Shown piece after piece: positions 37,163 through 48,686 of a stretch of DNA of 64,000 nt. How positions within the stretch are numbered: position 1 is the stretch's first letter; each line of letters begins with the position of its first letter. The translations under genes were made by a program, and so were the position numbers. Source of the DNA: Microthyrium microscopicum (Eukaryota); the NCBI GenBank assembly GCA_010405405.1, contig MU004237.1:596191-660190 (forward strand). Direction: 5' to 3'. The notes beneath the pieces were generated by a model, which saw only the letters and a program-made list of their open reading frames with translations, was not told where the DNA came from and ran no database searches.

Positions 37163-39031
37163 ATGTCCAGATACAACAGGTTGCCAGAGGCTCAAGACAG
37201 TTATCAGACTGGCTATCGCTATCAACCACCACGTAATGTTCAATATCCGCAGTCCACCAGTCCTCAGTACCAGCAGTATTTCGGTCAAACCCCACAGTAT
37301 CAGTACCACGTAAACCAGCAATGGCAGCAGACTCAGACGTGGGACCAGAATCAGTCTTACCAGACGGATCAGCATTTTCCTCAAGCTTCCCTCAACTCGT
37401 CTCTCAATACATCTTATCCATCACAAACATCCTCCCAGCCATATGTGCAACAAAATGAGGAAGCGACCCCTTTTATCAGTGCCAGTCCGATGAAAAGGCC
37501 GGAGCAGTTGACTGAAGAGATTCTTTCACGACGATTACCAGCAAAACGGCGCACACTAGACTGGGCTACTATCCTCCTTACGATAGCAGTATGGATCTTC
37601 CTCACAGCAGCTTGTCTGGTCCTCCTATATTTTTCGCACAAGGCGTCGCAGACCCGTTCAGCTGAAGGCTCCAGCGCAACTGGCGACGAGATAGCTCTTG
37701 CAATCGCTGTCTCGTCAATACCGCTATTGCTGGCCACCATCCTCAATGAAGTCCTCGTAGAGCGTTGCTGGAGGCGAGTCATACACTCCGCACTTGGCAT
37801 CGGCGCTGAACATCTCAGTGATGTGCAGATGGGTGTATATCTGCGAGCCGCCAACTTCCAGTGGGTGAACATTGTGAAGCGTATGTGGAGACACGAGTTT
37901 TCCTGGCGCGATTTGAGATCCATGGCAAGCTATGGCCTTTTGAGATGGGGAACTGCCATCAGCATTGCCAGTGTGCAGCTCTGTGTGACCTGGACCAAAG
38001 AAGGTACTGGTGATGATGGCCACGACAGCCTATACACGGCGAAGAAGCGAGCATATTGGCTTGGTATCCCTGTTTTTATACATGCTGTTTCTATCTTTGC
38101 AACTACGACTATCTGGCTCATGGTGCCGTGGGCAATGTTCAGTGGTCGATATGATGAACAAGGTCTATTAGAACGATACAAACCTTACCTCCAGAGGGTG
38201 AGCCAGAGGGGGGGCAATGGCTCCATTGCAAAATACGAGGACATTGCGCGATTCCTGGACGAAAAGAAATATCCGGAGTATAGGTTAGAAAAGAAATTGA
38301 TAAAGAAACATCAGCCTGGATACCAGTTATGGGGCAAACTGAAGGGCATCTCGCTGGGATTAGTTCTGATGGGACTTGCACCCGGCGCGGCATTGCTATA
38401 TACCTCTCTGACGCAACACCTCAGTGAGGACGGTATGCAAGGAATGATAAGAAATGGCGTCTACCGCTTTGGCTTCCATCTCGTTTTCCTAGGACAAAAC
38501 ATTTTCTACATCATGGCACTGGATTTCGTCGTATGGAATCTGTCTCTGGAAGGATTCTGTAAAGGCCCTCGCACAAAACCAAACAAGAGTCTTCGGGATC
38601 TAGGTTACTCCTCAGGAATTGTGCTCCTATGGCGGGCACTCCGGCAACGAAGACCTTATCGCTCTCTTATCTTCATGTGTCTGTTTTGGGTACAAGCATT
38701 ACTGGTGCGGTCATTGACCACCTTGTACTCACTTGCCGTAGTAGTTTTGAGATATGGTACAGACGAGAGTCGCCAAAGCTTTTACGACCCCGACTTCTGG
38801 ATAGGCTATTTGATGATATCGATGGTGCTTGTGGTTCCATTGTTCCTGATCTGGATGTTCACAGAGTTCCAAGCTCCCATTGGCGAGCAAGATGGTTGGA
38901 GATGGGCCAAGATTGCACAAAAAGCGCTTCAAGGAGACGGGTACTATGGCGTACGCGAAGGAGAGGCAGCGTGGGGAAATGAGAGTGAGATTAAATCTTT
39001 CAAATCAATCGGGCGAACCGAATTACGGTAG
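37163..39031 (+). CDS. Polytopic membrane protein of unknown function with Q/Y-rich N-terminus
   Basis: 622-aa intronless ORF with about 8 hydrophobic segments and a Q/Y/S-rich first 95 aa or so. Confidence 0.75.
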   Translation: MSRYNRLPEAQDSYQTGYRYQPPRNVQYPQSTSPQYQQYFGQTPQYQYHVNQQWQQTQTWDQNQSYQTDQHFPQASLNSSLNTSYPSQTSSQPYVQQNEEATPFISASPMKRPEQLTEEILSRRLPAKRRTLDWATILLTIAVWIFLTAACLVLLYFSHKASQTRSAEGSSATGDEIALAIAVSSIPLLLATILNEVLVERCWRRVIHSALGIGAEHLSDVQMGVYLRAANFQWVNIVKRMWRHEFSWRDLRSMASYGLLRWGTAISIASVQLCVTWTKEGTGDDGHDSLYTAKKRAYWLGIPVFIHAVSIFATTTIWLMVPWAMFSGRYDEQGLLERYKPYLQRVSQRGGNGSIAKYEDIARFLDEKKYPEYRLEKKLIKKHQPGYQLWGKLKGISLGLVLMGLAPGAALLYTSLTQHLSEDGMQGMIRNGVYRFGFHLVFLGQNIFYIMALDFVVWNLSLEGFCKGPRTKPNKSLRDLGYSSGIVLLWRALRQRRPYRSLIFMCLFWVQALLVRSLTTLYSLAVVVLRYGTDESRQSFYDPDFWIGYLMISMVLVVPLFLIWMFTEFQAPIGEQDGWRWAKIAQKALQGDGYYGVREGEAAWGNESEIKSFKSIGRTELR

Positions 39032-39281
39032 TTGTAATGGTATGAAATTATGTTCCGTTCGAGGACTTTCATCGAACATCTTTTTGAAACAAACACTCGA
39101 CGAATGCAATCTCCAATAAGTCATCATGGCTCCCAGGCACTGGTGGATTCTCTAGTACTTATCCGTTACACGCTCTGGACTAGCTTTCATGAATCGCTGT
39201 GCGCTCCTACGATTGAGTGGCAACACATCCAAACTCAATCGTAAATTCTATAACTCATACAACCACTTCGCAGCTCTGGGA

Positions 39282-41450
39282 CTATTTGTCGACGTTCAGA
39301 GATCGTATGCTTGTCCAGTAGTTTTGCACAAAGTCGCATCGATCCTTCGGAACAACATTGTTTGTGCCTATGACAAAAGTGTCATTGCCAGGTATCAGTA
39401 CACCAGCAATATCCTGCCCCTGCAAATTCGAAGCTGGGACCTTGTTCCAAAGTACAGCCGGAACAGTTGTTAAGGACGATGTTTTGATGGAAAGAGTATT
39501 TGGATCTCCTTTGACCACGAAGGATGCAAAGTATGATTGAAAGGTTCTCGCAAACGCTCCAAAGCTAATAGGCAGTGGGACAGCTCCACTGCCAACTCTC
39601 AAGTCTGCGCGAAGATATAAACCGAGAATATCTGAGCCATGCCATCCACCAAACGGAGTCCACATGTAACTCCAGGCCTTGCTGGGATATGCCTGAGCGA
39701 TAAATCTAGTGTTACAAGCAAAAGCAACGTCTTGAATGAAGTCCATCGTCCTGGCCGTCTCGTTTTTGTACTTCGCCGCGGGATTATCTGGATTTGCTGG
39801 CGGCCAGTATTGGTTGATGCCTTCGAGAAGCCCGGATTTCTTTACAATGCCAGGTTCAACTATGGCATTGATGAACGTGTCGAATTCTTTGTCCGTTCGG
39901 AGATGACCATCCACAAAGATATACCCTTCATGTTCAGTGTTTGATACAATCAAAGACTCCAATGGCACTACATGCCCCTGTAGCAGTTCTGCCGCAGCAT
40001 ATTGTTGGATCCAGCGGCCGTCACTAGATGGGCCAACAGAGAAGGTGCCTTGAGGCGTGTTGTCCTGAAGCTGCTGATTGACTGCGTTCAGTTTGCTCGT
40101 AGGAACGGTCCTCAGACAAGCTATCCCTTTGCCTTTGCAACCTGCTAGTTCTGTGACATTCTGAAAAGTCTTTTCCAGATTTCCGTTCTTTCGTCTATCG
40201 CCCATAGGTTGAAACGCAGGTGACATGACAATTGCACGTTTAAACAACGGGTCTTGTTTACCACCGAACGCTATCAAGTGATGAAGAATGCTTGATGCCT
40301 ACGAAATGTCAATGAACTGTCTATTAAAGACAAATAATGTGTCCTTACTCCCGCTGATTCTCCGGCAACAGTAACTTGGGACTTGTCACCTCCAAAAAAA
40401 TGAATATATTTCTGAATCCATTCGAGTGCGAATCTTTGCTAAGAACTTGTCAGCCTGAAGTTATTGTGTAATTGGCACTATTAGACATCATCGTTTATAA
40501 GCTGAGATCCAACTCCCTACCATAGGATAGTGACTTTATGGACTAATTGATGAACCAGGAGATTTCAACGGCTAAACTTACATCCCATAGTCCTGCGTTT
40601 GGGGTAACTGTTGGATCATTTTCCATTGTATGCCCAGCAAGCCATCCGTAGACTCCTAGGCGATAGTTAAAAGCGCACCAAATCATATCACCTTTTGCAA
40701 GGTCAATGAGCTGACTACCTCCATAAACACCGCCCAGGAAGTCTTTAGATCCAAGTACTATATCGCCAATGTAAGTCAAAAAGCCTAAACTTCACCTGTA
40801 GTTAGACTTACGATACTAAGTTTGTTAGTTGCTAGGGATTTGAACATATCAGAGGAGGTAAACTCACGGCTCCCCCATAAATCCAGTTGAAGACCGGGAC
40901 CTTGGGTCCGGTAGGATTCCTAAGAATCTTTCCAGGGACATAAACATCGGCAAACAAGCAATCCTCACTTGATGTGGTCAAGACTGGCCATAAAGCTGAT
41001 CCAATGCCTCCAATTATTCCATCTAAACACGATGCCCAAACCTCCTCATTATAGCCACCAAGAAAGTTGAGTCCACGCTTTGGCAGAATCTGAGGACATG
41101 AAAAGCCCTCAGTACCGTTCTGAATACCGCCTATAGCAGATGGTGGCTGAGGCTTGCCAAAACGCAGTGGACCGACTGGTGGTGCTGCGAAACGAATGTT
41201 TGTGAAGACATAGACCTGGGCTGTGTTAATTGCTGGCCTCTGGAAGGAGAGTTTGAATAGGACTAACATCTCGTCCAGAGTCGTATGAGCTAGCTCTGAA
41301 AGTCCCGTATGGCAATGTTATTGTGGGAAGTTCTGCACCAGAGCCCCATTTGACTCCCAGGTCACTCCACTCCGCATTTAAAGGAAATGCTAAAGAGAGC
41401 GGCGATGCTAACCAATTTACGACCAGGACCGAGAAGCTGAAGAAGTTCAT
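39282..41450 (-). CDS. Secreted type-B carboxylesterase/lipase (multi-exon, includes a 4-nt micro-exon)
   Basis: Signal peptide; NIRFAAPPVGPLRF, SEDCLFADVYVP, WIYGGA, NYRLG, NAGLWD, GESAG, TEHEG, WHGSD. Confidence 0.9.
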
Positions 41451-42143
41451 TTTACCTCAGCAATTGCCAGCTATTACATAAATGCCAATTGTCATCAAAA
41501 GGTAAAAAGCTCTAATGTAATCCGATTGAGCTGGGAACAAGTTTCTTAAACTAAATTTTGCCCGCCAGCGCTCGACCGAAGATAAATGTCTATTCAGCCT
41601 CAGCTTTAACAAGCATGTGTAAAGACAAGGTAGCTTTTGTGTTTAGGAACTGTCTTTCGGCCACGTGAAACCTGTGTATATTTAATTGATTGTACATTGA
41701 ACCGCTCGTGCTTATAGGGGGCAAGGCGGCTGATAAATTTTACGCAGTTCTGAAACACATATTTGAATGTCTTTGAAAGGCATGAGCAATGAGTACGACT
41801 GTAAGACTACTCTAGTCTTATAGTCCCATGACACTTTGATTCGATTCTCATCTTAGTCTACAAAACCTTACTGAAATTCTGTAGTAGCAAAGTCTTGCTC
41901 AGTGTTGTTGTTGGATCAAAGCACTTCAGATGTTGTTGGGAGCGGAGCCGACCTAGGGCACTGGGCAGACCAGTAAGGATAGGAGATAAGGATAGATGCA
42001 AGGTCGAAGTGGACTGGAAATCGAGGGGAGCGGTACACCAGCCAGATCCTAAAATTCTTATCTTTGAAATCTTCACTTCTCCGTACTGAAACGAGGAATA
42101 CGCACTGATTATTGTGAGTGCAATAGCGAGAGTATTCTTTGCC

Positions 42144-43422
42144 ATGCTTCAGCTTCGAAGTTTGTACGCATTCCAAGGTCCAGAGCGACTTCTGTACGCA
42201 GGATTTGCGTCAAGTACTAGCATTGGTATATCTACCGACAATGGGGCGATCCATGTCCTGAACGCCGACTGCGAGCTGCTTTACGTTCGACAAGATGACC
42301 CAGATTTGGTTACAAGCCTCGACAGCTTCGCCTTTGGGGAAGATCAGCTTGATGAAATGCTAGTGGTTAGTGGCAAAACATCGCTTACAATATGCAACAG
42401 TGCAACAGGGTGAATAATACAACAATCAGGAGTTGCCGATCAAGAATACGACTAATATGCCCCAGGGCAATCTGCCATGAGTTCCCCGTAGATCATCAAA
42501 GTCACATTGGTAAGATCAAGGCTCTCCAGCTCGGTGAAAGTCAGTCCAAGGGTAGTGGTTCTATCGTTCTTGCCGTCGCGGGTTTGAAGGGTAACATCCA
42601 TCTCTTGGACTTCGACAGTAGTGGGATGAAACTACGATGTACCCTCACTGGACATACGCAGGCTATTACGTGTTTATCGTTACATCCACACAATAGTCAT
42701 CTCTTGGTCTCAAGTTCTTACGACGGCTCGATACGAGTGTGGAGTATGGAGACTGGATCACAGACCTTGTTATGCGCGCTCAGAGACGACGAGAAGATGG
42801 TACGCACTTCAGTTGATAGTAAGGGACACACTCGGACCTTCATTGAAGGAGCGTCATCAATGTTAGCCACCTCCGACGGAAGATTGATTGCGGGAGGAGT
42901 TGGTGGATTGTTCGTGTGTGGGACTTAGAGACTGGGTAAGGGATATTTATGTTTTCATTAGGCCGCTGACCGTTCCGCGTTAGTAAACTTCAGCACTCAT
43001 GGCAGGCACATTTCGGCGGTCACCGACTGGTTGGCCCGGTATTGAATAAGATCCTGCTCCATCCGTCCAAAGAAGCATTCATTACCACTGGTACCGATGG
43101 CAATGTGTGCTTGTGGAATCTAAAAACATACGAGCTCTTCCGAAGAATCAAAGCGTTTGAGCACAGCGTACTGCGCGAGACTGTAATCTGGCTCAATAAT
43201 AAGCTGATTTGTGCTGGCAAAGATGGGGCCCCTGAAAATTCTTGCGGTGACTTTATTCGAGTTGTAGTCTGGGATCTCGAGAAACTGAAGCTTGAAAAGC
43301 AGGAGATTGATTGCTGCAACGATCTTGGTATAGCATGTAATTTTGTTCATTACATATTGGTGGTCGGCTCTCGAGTCATTTTGTTGGTAAACAGACGAGG
43401 AAAGATCAATGTTGAGGCTTGA
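42144..43422 (+). CDS. WD40-repeat protein (3 exons)
   Basis: LTGHTQAITCLSLHP..LVSSSYDGSIRVWS; FITTGTDGNVCLWN; VVVWD. Confidence 0.75.
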
Positions 43423-43517
43423 GAAGAGATCGATAAGGTCGATGGCCCTTCTCTATGAATACTTTGCGTATCATGAGTGTCCAGAACTATTCTGTTGCAC
43501 CAGTGAAGTATTCGAGC

Positions 43518-45830
43518 TTAGACTAAGGTGATATCCTCCAAGTCTTCTCCTGTCCACTTCTGTCCCTCCATCATCGCGTGAATAAAAGCTGGACCAACAT
43601 GGGAGTAAGCCCCAGATGCCATGCGCCGTAGAATAAGTGGCATCGCTATTCCAGACCCGAGCATTACATGATCTCCAACGGCAATACTTCGAAATGCTGT
43701 TCCTAACAGCCCATCTGATGTCACGAAGAGAACCCTTCCAAACAACTTGTCACAGATATCTCTATGGAAAGTTACTGATGTATTTTGAAGCCTTATGAGG
43801 TCTCGCCAGTGTAGCAGCTGCTCATGAGTGTCAACCATCATAGAGTTTGCAGTGACTAGAGACTGAAACCAGTAATTGAACACATCAGACTCCTCTGGTG
43901 GCACACGAGACATGACTCGAGCATAGAGAACCTCATGAACGGCACTGTGAATCGTGTCTGATTCTTTTTGCAGCCTCATTCGAAGTCTAATCGTAGTAAA
44001 AGCATCGAAGAAAGTTTGGGCAACATCTTGTTCTGCGTCAAAAGGACTGGAACAATATAATACTGTGCCACGAAAACATCCACGTATAACTAGTCGCGAA
44101 TTCTCCATCAATCTCCACACCGGCAAAGATTTAGATGTAGTTGCATGGCCATCCACACTGTAGACACAAGCAGGATCCAGCCAAGCTCTTGAGGGTGTGT
44201 GAGCTAAACTCCAATCTGGAGTCCAAGAAGTGGCGTTTAGCAGCCCAGGAAGACCAGCATCTAAAAGTAAGTTTAGTGACCCTCCCCAGTGCAAAAGGGC
44301 CAAGAACAGCTCTTGATAAACCAGTCCGACGGGCTTCTCATAGCTGACTAGTGCAATGCCGACCCCCAAATCTTTCAGTACGCCATACAGCCCATATGAT
44401 TTATCTCTAGGATCTTTGCATTGACGGGTACGGATGGCGCGCTGGATAGAGAGAAACATAGATAGGTCTATAGTCTTAGGTAGCTTTTTGTCTGGTGAGC
44501 CTGGTACCAACTGTAAGGGAGACATGAAATTGAAGAACATGATGCAAAACATTGCGACGAGGGACAAACTGGTGATAGGCCAAAAGATTTTGTCGACATG
44601 AGAATCCGAATTCGTAACAATGTAACTTGTGTCGAAAGTTCCATTCAGGTACAAAACTTCCACCTGACCTGTGTGGTGAAAACGATGAAATATACCTTTG
44701 TTTTCGGAATACAAGACCATGATCGTGATAAGCGAACCCATGAGCAAAAGGAGGATCACAGTGTGCACTATTCGCAGAAGAGCTCTGACCATTTTGTTGG
44801 CAAGAGCCTGGTAATGGAAGAATGAAATCCCCGGACGTCGGTTTGCGGATTCCGGATCCAGTTTTTGTCGCGGAGCTGGAATAAGGCGCCGAACCTGGCG
44901 GTTGTTCCAATGCGACTTTCGCTCGAAGTTCATCCAGAGCTGAATAATTGACATCCAGATATCGTATTGTGTAGGGGCTATTGCCTGTATTGTTTTGCTG
45001 TTGGCTGCATACCATTCCCAGGTTCCAAGCACAAGTCCTCGAATAAAATCGTTCCAGGTAACCATTTGCGTGCCACAGATTACTACTACATTACGCGCCA
45101 GGATGATCTCCTGTAAGGTCCATATACGTTCAGCCCAGTCGCATGATAGGAGCGTTTGAAAGTCTTCCGCCTGGAATCGCTTATCGAAGCGTCGACTTTG
45201 GATTTGATCTAAATAGTCCGTCATAACGTATTTGTTGTTGCTCACAGCAAAGCACTTACCCTGAAGTACGCCAACTGGCGCCAGAAATGTCCAATACAGA
45301 TCTTTGATGGAGAAACAAGCACTCTTCATTCGCCCGCTCATAGTCGGCGCTGATTTGAGTTCCATGTCTTCCAGACACCGAACAAACTTTGGTGTGTAGC
45401 GAATGCAGTCCATTGCTCTGTCGGTCTGAGCCGTCCCCTGTCCAAGCCAGAGGAACACGGTTTCTGCCCATGAATATATCTCTTCCATTAAAGGGATCTG
45501 GATAGCCTTTTCAGCATTGTCCGACTGGTTGATAGAGACAGCATCGACCCATATCGTGAGATGGCCGTAGAGCCTCCTTAGGGAAATGAGAGCTTGGTAA
45601 CAATTGACCGTGACGGCAATGTCATACCCGGAGCAACTAATCGTCGGATCGCTGTCTGTTTGAGGACCCCAGACATATGATAAGGCTGTAAAGCGCGGGC
45701 AGTCCGCCAGTGAAATAACGCGAAGGGTTGCTCGGAGTGCTGCCTGAGGGGAAGAATCAGGGTGAATGTCAAGAACCCGAGTCATTCGGGCTGCATCCAG
45801 AGGAAACTGACGATACAGACTCGAGTTCAT
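43518..45830 (-). CDS. HET-domain (heterokaryon incompatibility, HET-6-like) protein with inserted transmembrane hairpin
   Basis: FTALSYVWG, IWVDAVSINQ, MEEIYSWA, WAERIWTLQEIILA, CKDPRDKSYGLYG, SWTPDWS, C-terminal VGPAFIHAMMEG. Probable in-frame 51-nt intron at 45209-45259. Confidence 0.9.
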   Translation of the reverse strand: MNSSLYRQFPLDAARMTRVLDIHPDSSPQAALRATLRVISLADCPRFTALSYVWGPQTDSDPTISCSGYDIAVTVNCYQALISLRRLYGHLTIWVDAVSINQSDNAEKAIQIPLMEEIYSWAETVFLWLGQGTAQTDRAMDCIRYTPKFVRCLEDMELKSAPTMSGRMKSACFSIKDLYWTFLAPVGVLQGKCFAVSNNKYVMTDYLDQIQSRRFDKRFQAEDFQTLLSCDWAERIWTLQEIILARNVVVICGTQMVTWNDFIRGLVLGTWEWYAANSKTIQAIAPTQYDIWMSIIQLWMNFERKSHWNNRQVRRLIPAPRQKLDPESANRRPGISFFHYQALANKMVRALLRIVHTVILLLLMGSLITIMVLYSENKGIFHRFHHTGQVEVLYLNGTFDTSYIVTNSDSHVDKIFWPITSLSLVAMFCIMFFNFMSPLQLVPGSPDKKLPKTIDLSMFLSIQRAIRTRQCKDPRDKSYGLYGVLKDLGVGIALVSYEKPVGLVYQELFLALLHWGGSLNLLLDAGLPGLLNATSWTPDWSLAHTPSRAWLDPACVYSVDGHATTSKSLPVWRLMENSRLVIRGCFRGTVLYCSSPFDAEQDVAQTFFDAFTTIRLRMRLQKESDTIHSAVHEVLYARVMSRVPPEESDVFNYWFQSLVTANSMMVDTHEQLLHWRDLIRLQNTSVTFHRDICDKLFGRVLFVTSDGLLGTAFRSIAVGDHVMLGSGIAMPLILRRMASGAYSHVGPAFIHAMMEGQKWTGEDLEDITLV

Positions 45831-46962
45831 GATGCTATGATAAAGATGTAGAATGTGAAGCGCTCCGGGGAATTGAGGCCGGTTTTGAGCGTCTCACAAC
45901 GACACGTCGAACGAGCCTTGCTTTCCATGATCGTACTTCTGATCAGGCTGAGCTAACCAGATCCGGTGTAACTGAAGGCGTCGAAAGCAAGAATGAACCA
46001 ATCAACGATGGTCAGCCACTTTGGCATAGCCCTACATCTCAAGGTCAGTTCTAAATTGGTACTCCAAAAAGATCGCCGGTAGAACTATGGGCCAATAATC
46101 TTCAGTGTCTTTGGAAGAAGATCTAGTAAGTACCTAATTTAGAGCCAAAAATAGATTAGGGAAGTCAAGATGGTGTATCTCTGGCAAGTCAATATGTAAT
46201 ATCGGTATCCTTGCTGCCGATCAATCAACACCCTTGAAGCTTTACAGTGTCATTGGGGTTGAGCGATCCCCCCCCCCAAAATTCTTGCTGAGAAAGTTCA
46301 GCCGTTGATTGGCTTATAAGCAAGCCACCAAGGCTCTATCAGGCTTAGTGAGTAGAAGTTTCGTTGTGGTCGAATCGCTTCTATCCAAGCTTTCATTTTG
46401 CACCAATTACATCGTAAGTTGGTGTTCTATATTTTTAGCGGGGGGGATCGCTCAACCCCAATGGCACTGTATAAACTACTCCAGGGTAGCTTGTCAAGCT
46501 TGTATAAATGTAGCTCACCGCCCACAATCGTCTCCAAAACCTTCCTCTCAACAAAAATATTCTTCATCCACGAGAGCCAAAAAAACGTACAGCAGTAGGG
46601 ATTCTCACGTGGTCACCCACCGCAATACTAATCTACCGGTTCGAAGCTTAAATAGGGCGGAGCGGACGGGACGCCTTGTATTCTTCGACCTATGGCCGTA
46701 CGTGAAGGACAATTGTAATCGATCATTACATATAATTGTTGACTTCGATCGATCATCAACGGCGAAAATCGCGTTTATTCAAAAGCAAGCACTTCTTTTA
46801 CAGTATCATCGCAGCTTGAATCTCAGAAGTAAACCCTCATGACCAAACTATTATCATTTCTATCTCGCCTGCATACCAATAAATTATCTTTATGCTCCAA
46901 GTCTCATGTACAGATCCACTTTCGTGTCGTTGTGCTATGTCCTTCTTCTCCTTGCTCCTTGA

Positions 46963-47217
46963 CTAAATGCCTCCTAACAATTTGCAAGCTTCGCAAGCGG
47001 ACTGAACATCGATTGCCGGCATGATTCTCGCGCATGCAGAGTCGATTGAACACGGTGTTTGTATGAGCGATGCCCCGGTACACATGACTCCCGAGTGAAC
47101 AATTGCTTCGTGGTAGCAGGTATATCGATACCAGTAGTAGGTGCAGCGGGATGGATCGTCTTCAAGTAGTATCATAGTCTGGCGTTGCTTGTGGATGTCA
47201 TTGCTGAAATTGGCCAT
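46963..47217 (-). CDS. Small Cys-rich putative Zn-binding protein
   Basis: CTYYWYRYTCYH...C...C....C...CEAC pattern; isolated ORF, no further support. Confidence 0.4.
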   Translation of the reverse strand: MANFSNDIHKQRQTMILLEDDPSRCTYYWYRYTCYHEAIVHSGVMCTGASLIQTPCSIDSACARIMPAIDVQSACEACKLLGGI

Positions 47218-48686
47218 TGGTCGGTGGAGAATGGCAGATATAAGATATTCAAATAAAAATGGTATTGATAGAGATTGGATAGTGTATACACTAATTTGAT
47301 AGATTTGCAAAGGAATGTGAGATTGTACGGACCGAAGTCATGGCTTGTCGATTGGTGCGGTGGTGCTCATTGCGCTGGTTATATCGCATGTCTTTGGGGA
47401 TCCCATTCTCACGATCTTTGGATCTGGCGTTCAACCTTTCCGTGTCAGCCGAATCAATAGTAGCACGCTATAGACAAAATACCAAGCACATTGAGACGTA
47501 CGATATTTGTGTAATAACTCAGTTGTCGAGTCATGCCGATTGGCTTGTGTAGTAGACATATTGTTATGCAAACTATGGTTTGTACCATTGCAATTCAATA
47601 TGTCATCGGTGAGAATTACCATGTTTGAAGCTGCTTGCCCACTGGTGAAAGCAGTGACAGGATAGACTGAACGGCTGATGCCGTTTTCTTTAACTTGGTG
47701 GCTAAGTGCTGGGCCGCGCTCCAAGCCCGGTACATCACAAAGCCTTTTTGTTTAGGAGAAGTTGCTCGGTTAGTGATGCAACTATTGTTAGTACCATCTT
47801 GATCCAAGAGTGTGGTCGTATCGGAAAACAAGTACAACCTTCATAACGTTTCTATGGATAAGATTTGTCCCGAAAGAGTGGTTCGTAGTTGCTGTCAAGT
47901 TTTGTTTCTAAGAGGATTGCGATCATGGTCTGCCGCTCAAGCCTTGAGCGCTTCACTGTGTGATTATGAGCTCAGCGGTGGAACTAGATCTCCATTAAAT
48001 ACTATGGAGCGAGGAGACAATGTAATATGGCAACATTGAACCGGAAGCGTACTACCAGAAATCAGGCAGCCGGCTCAAAGAATATGGACTAACGCTCTAC
48101 TTCCAGAATAGCATAGCAGATCATGTATGTTTCTGGTAGCACTGTGTGGTAATCGTGAAATCTGTTACTGAACAGTAGTCAGAATCGCAGAAGTCCAGGG
48201 AGAGCGACGTACAATATGAGCATGCGTATTGTTTGCGCCATGTGGTACAGGCGCCACTAATGCGGCCAGTATCATAACTTTAAGATAAATCAGTTAAGCT
48301 GCCTTGATAATGTTGATCAGACCACCAGATTAGCTTCAATGCAGCTCAATCTGCCTTTATTTCTTTCACACAGCGGATACTACACTGAACATATAGCGTT
48401 TGTTGGGTTGTATTGAGTAGAAGAATATAAACCTCTTATGAAGGCAATCTCGTATTGTTATAAGCAGTTCATAACCACCAAATCACAATTATATCGGATT
48501 TTTGAACAAGACAACTAAAACCCAAACCGGAGTCAACATGACCATAGGAACGAATGATCGTCAAGTCGACTTGTTTGGATTGACAGGACATAAACCGCTC
48601 ACCATTTACCAACATATGCTTACTAACTTGGGCATACATCAACACAACTCATCTATTGCATTGCCCGCCAAATCTCTAGATCGAAG

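Noticed and set aside
32273..41450. Secondary-metabolite cluster around the P450 and esterases
   Set aside because: No PKS, NRPS, terpene synthase or cluster transporter in the window.
45209..45259. Treating the 770-aa HET ORF as intronless
   Set aside because: GTAAGT..TTTAG defines a probable stop-free 51-nt intron, so the ORF translation likely includes 17 spurious residues.
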